Shown piece after piece: positions 63,740 to 64,000 of a stretch of DNA of 64,000 nt; position 1 is the stretch's first letter; each line of letters opens with the position of its first letter. Source of the stretch: Planctomycetota bacterium. GTDB taxonomy: Bacteria > Planctomycetota > SZUA-567 > H5-PLA8. The notes beneath the pieces were generated by a model. That model saw nothing but the letters and a program-made list of their open reading frames with translations. It made no database searches and had not been told where the DNA came from. Made by a program: the position numbers and the translations under genes. Location: assembly GCA_038227875.1 (NCBI GenBank), contig JBBRPR010000003.1, positions 128,001-192,000 on the forward strand, given 5' to 3'.

Positions 63740-64000
63740 AAAGGCACTCCACTGAGCCCGTTTGAAAAGCTCTATACCGCCAGGTTTCCCCGAGCTGCTA
63801 CATGTTGCTTACGTCTTGTAAGATGCTTTCTGGTACTGAAAGTTGCTAAAAACTCTTTTTTCAGTCCAACGGAAGTGCACGTATGCAGGCGCGTTCCCAA
63901 TGAATGGTGTCCCTAAAGATTCGGACTTCGACTCAGAAAGCCATCCATTTGATATTTGAGGGACCGGTTTGTTGCGCAGCGGTGCCGGTTTCTTGCTGCT

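Noticed and set aside
63750..64000. Possible IS end or precursor-peptide gene upstream of the radical SAM gene
   Set aside because: No convincing ORF, transposase or matching inverted repeat lies within the window. The sequence beyond the edge is unknown.

Overview
GC-rich, gene-dense bacterial chromosomal segment. Planctomycetota/PVC is likely, inferred from the prenyltransferase-repeat and FGE-sulfatase proteins, HEAT-repeat secreted proteins, scattered his/isp genes and REP-like CACTGGC..GTGGCACC repeats. Housekeeping genes are ispD, hisH, holA, ppk1, rnhA, proB, dnaK, leuS, thiL, tsaE, a glutamate dehydrogenase, ada, bioA, rbfA, dciA and dnaN. They are interleaved with carbohydrate-active genes (a clan GH-A hydrolase, GH29, GH63, two SGNH hydrolases, a beta-helix protein) and AraC/PhyH modules. 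I found no tRNA, rRNA, CRISPR array or transposase. The most notable observations: (1) a radical SAM/SPASM gene overlapping a lipoprotein gene that carries an unusual Pro/Tyr pre-leader, a candidate protein-modification system; (2) two paralogous Zn-finger/TM/extracellular carbohydrate-binding proteins, candidate transmembrane glycan sensors, one sharing a domain with a nearby glycoside hydrolase; (3) an ECF sigma factor coupled to an anti-sigma factor fused to a prenyltransferase-like barrel; (4) a RadC/JAB protein lacking its metal ligands, with a Zn ribbon; (5) many intergenic 7-nt and 9-nt periodic inverted repeats, one overlapping the dciA start; (6) a DnaA-box cluster upstream of a dnaN that has no neighbouring dnaA. 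All calls come from motif reading only; no searches were run.
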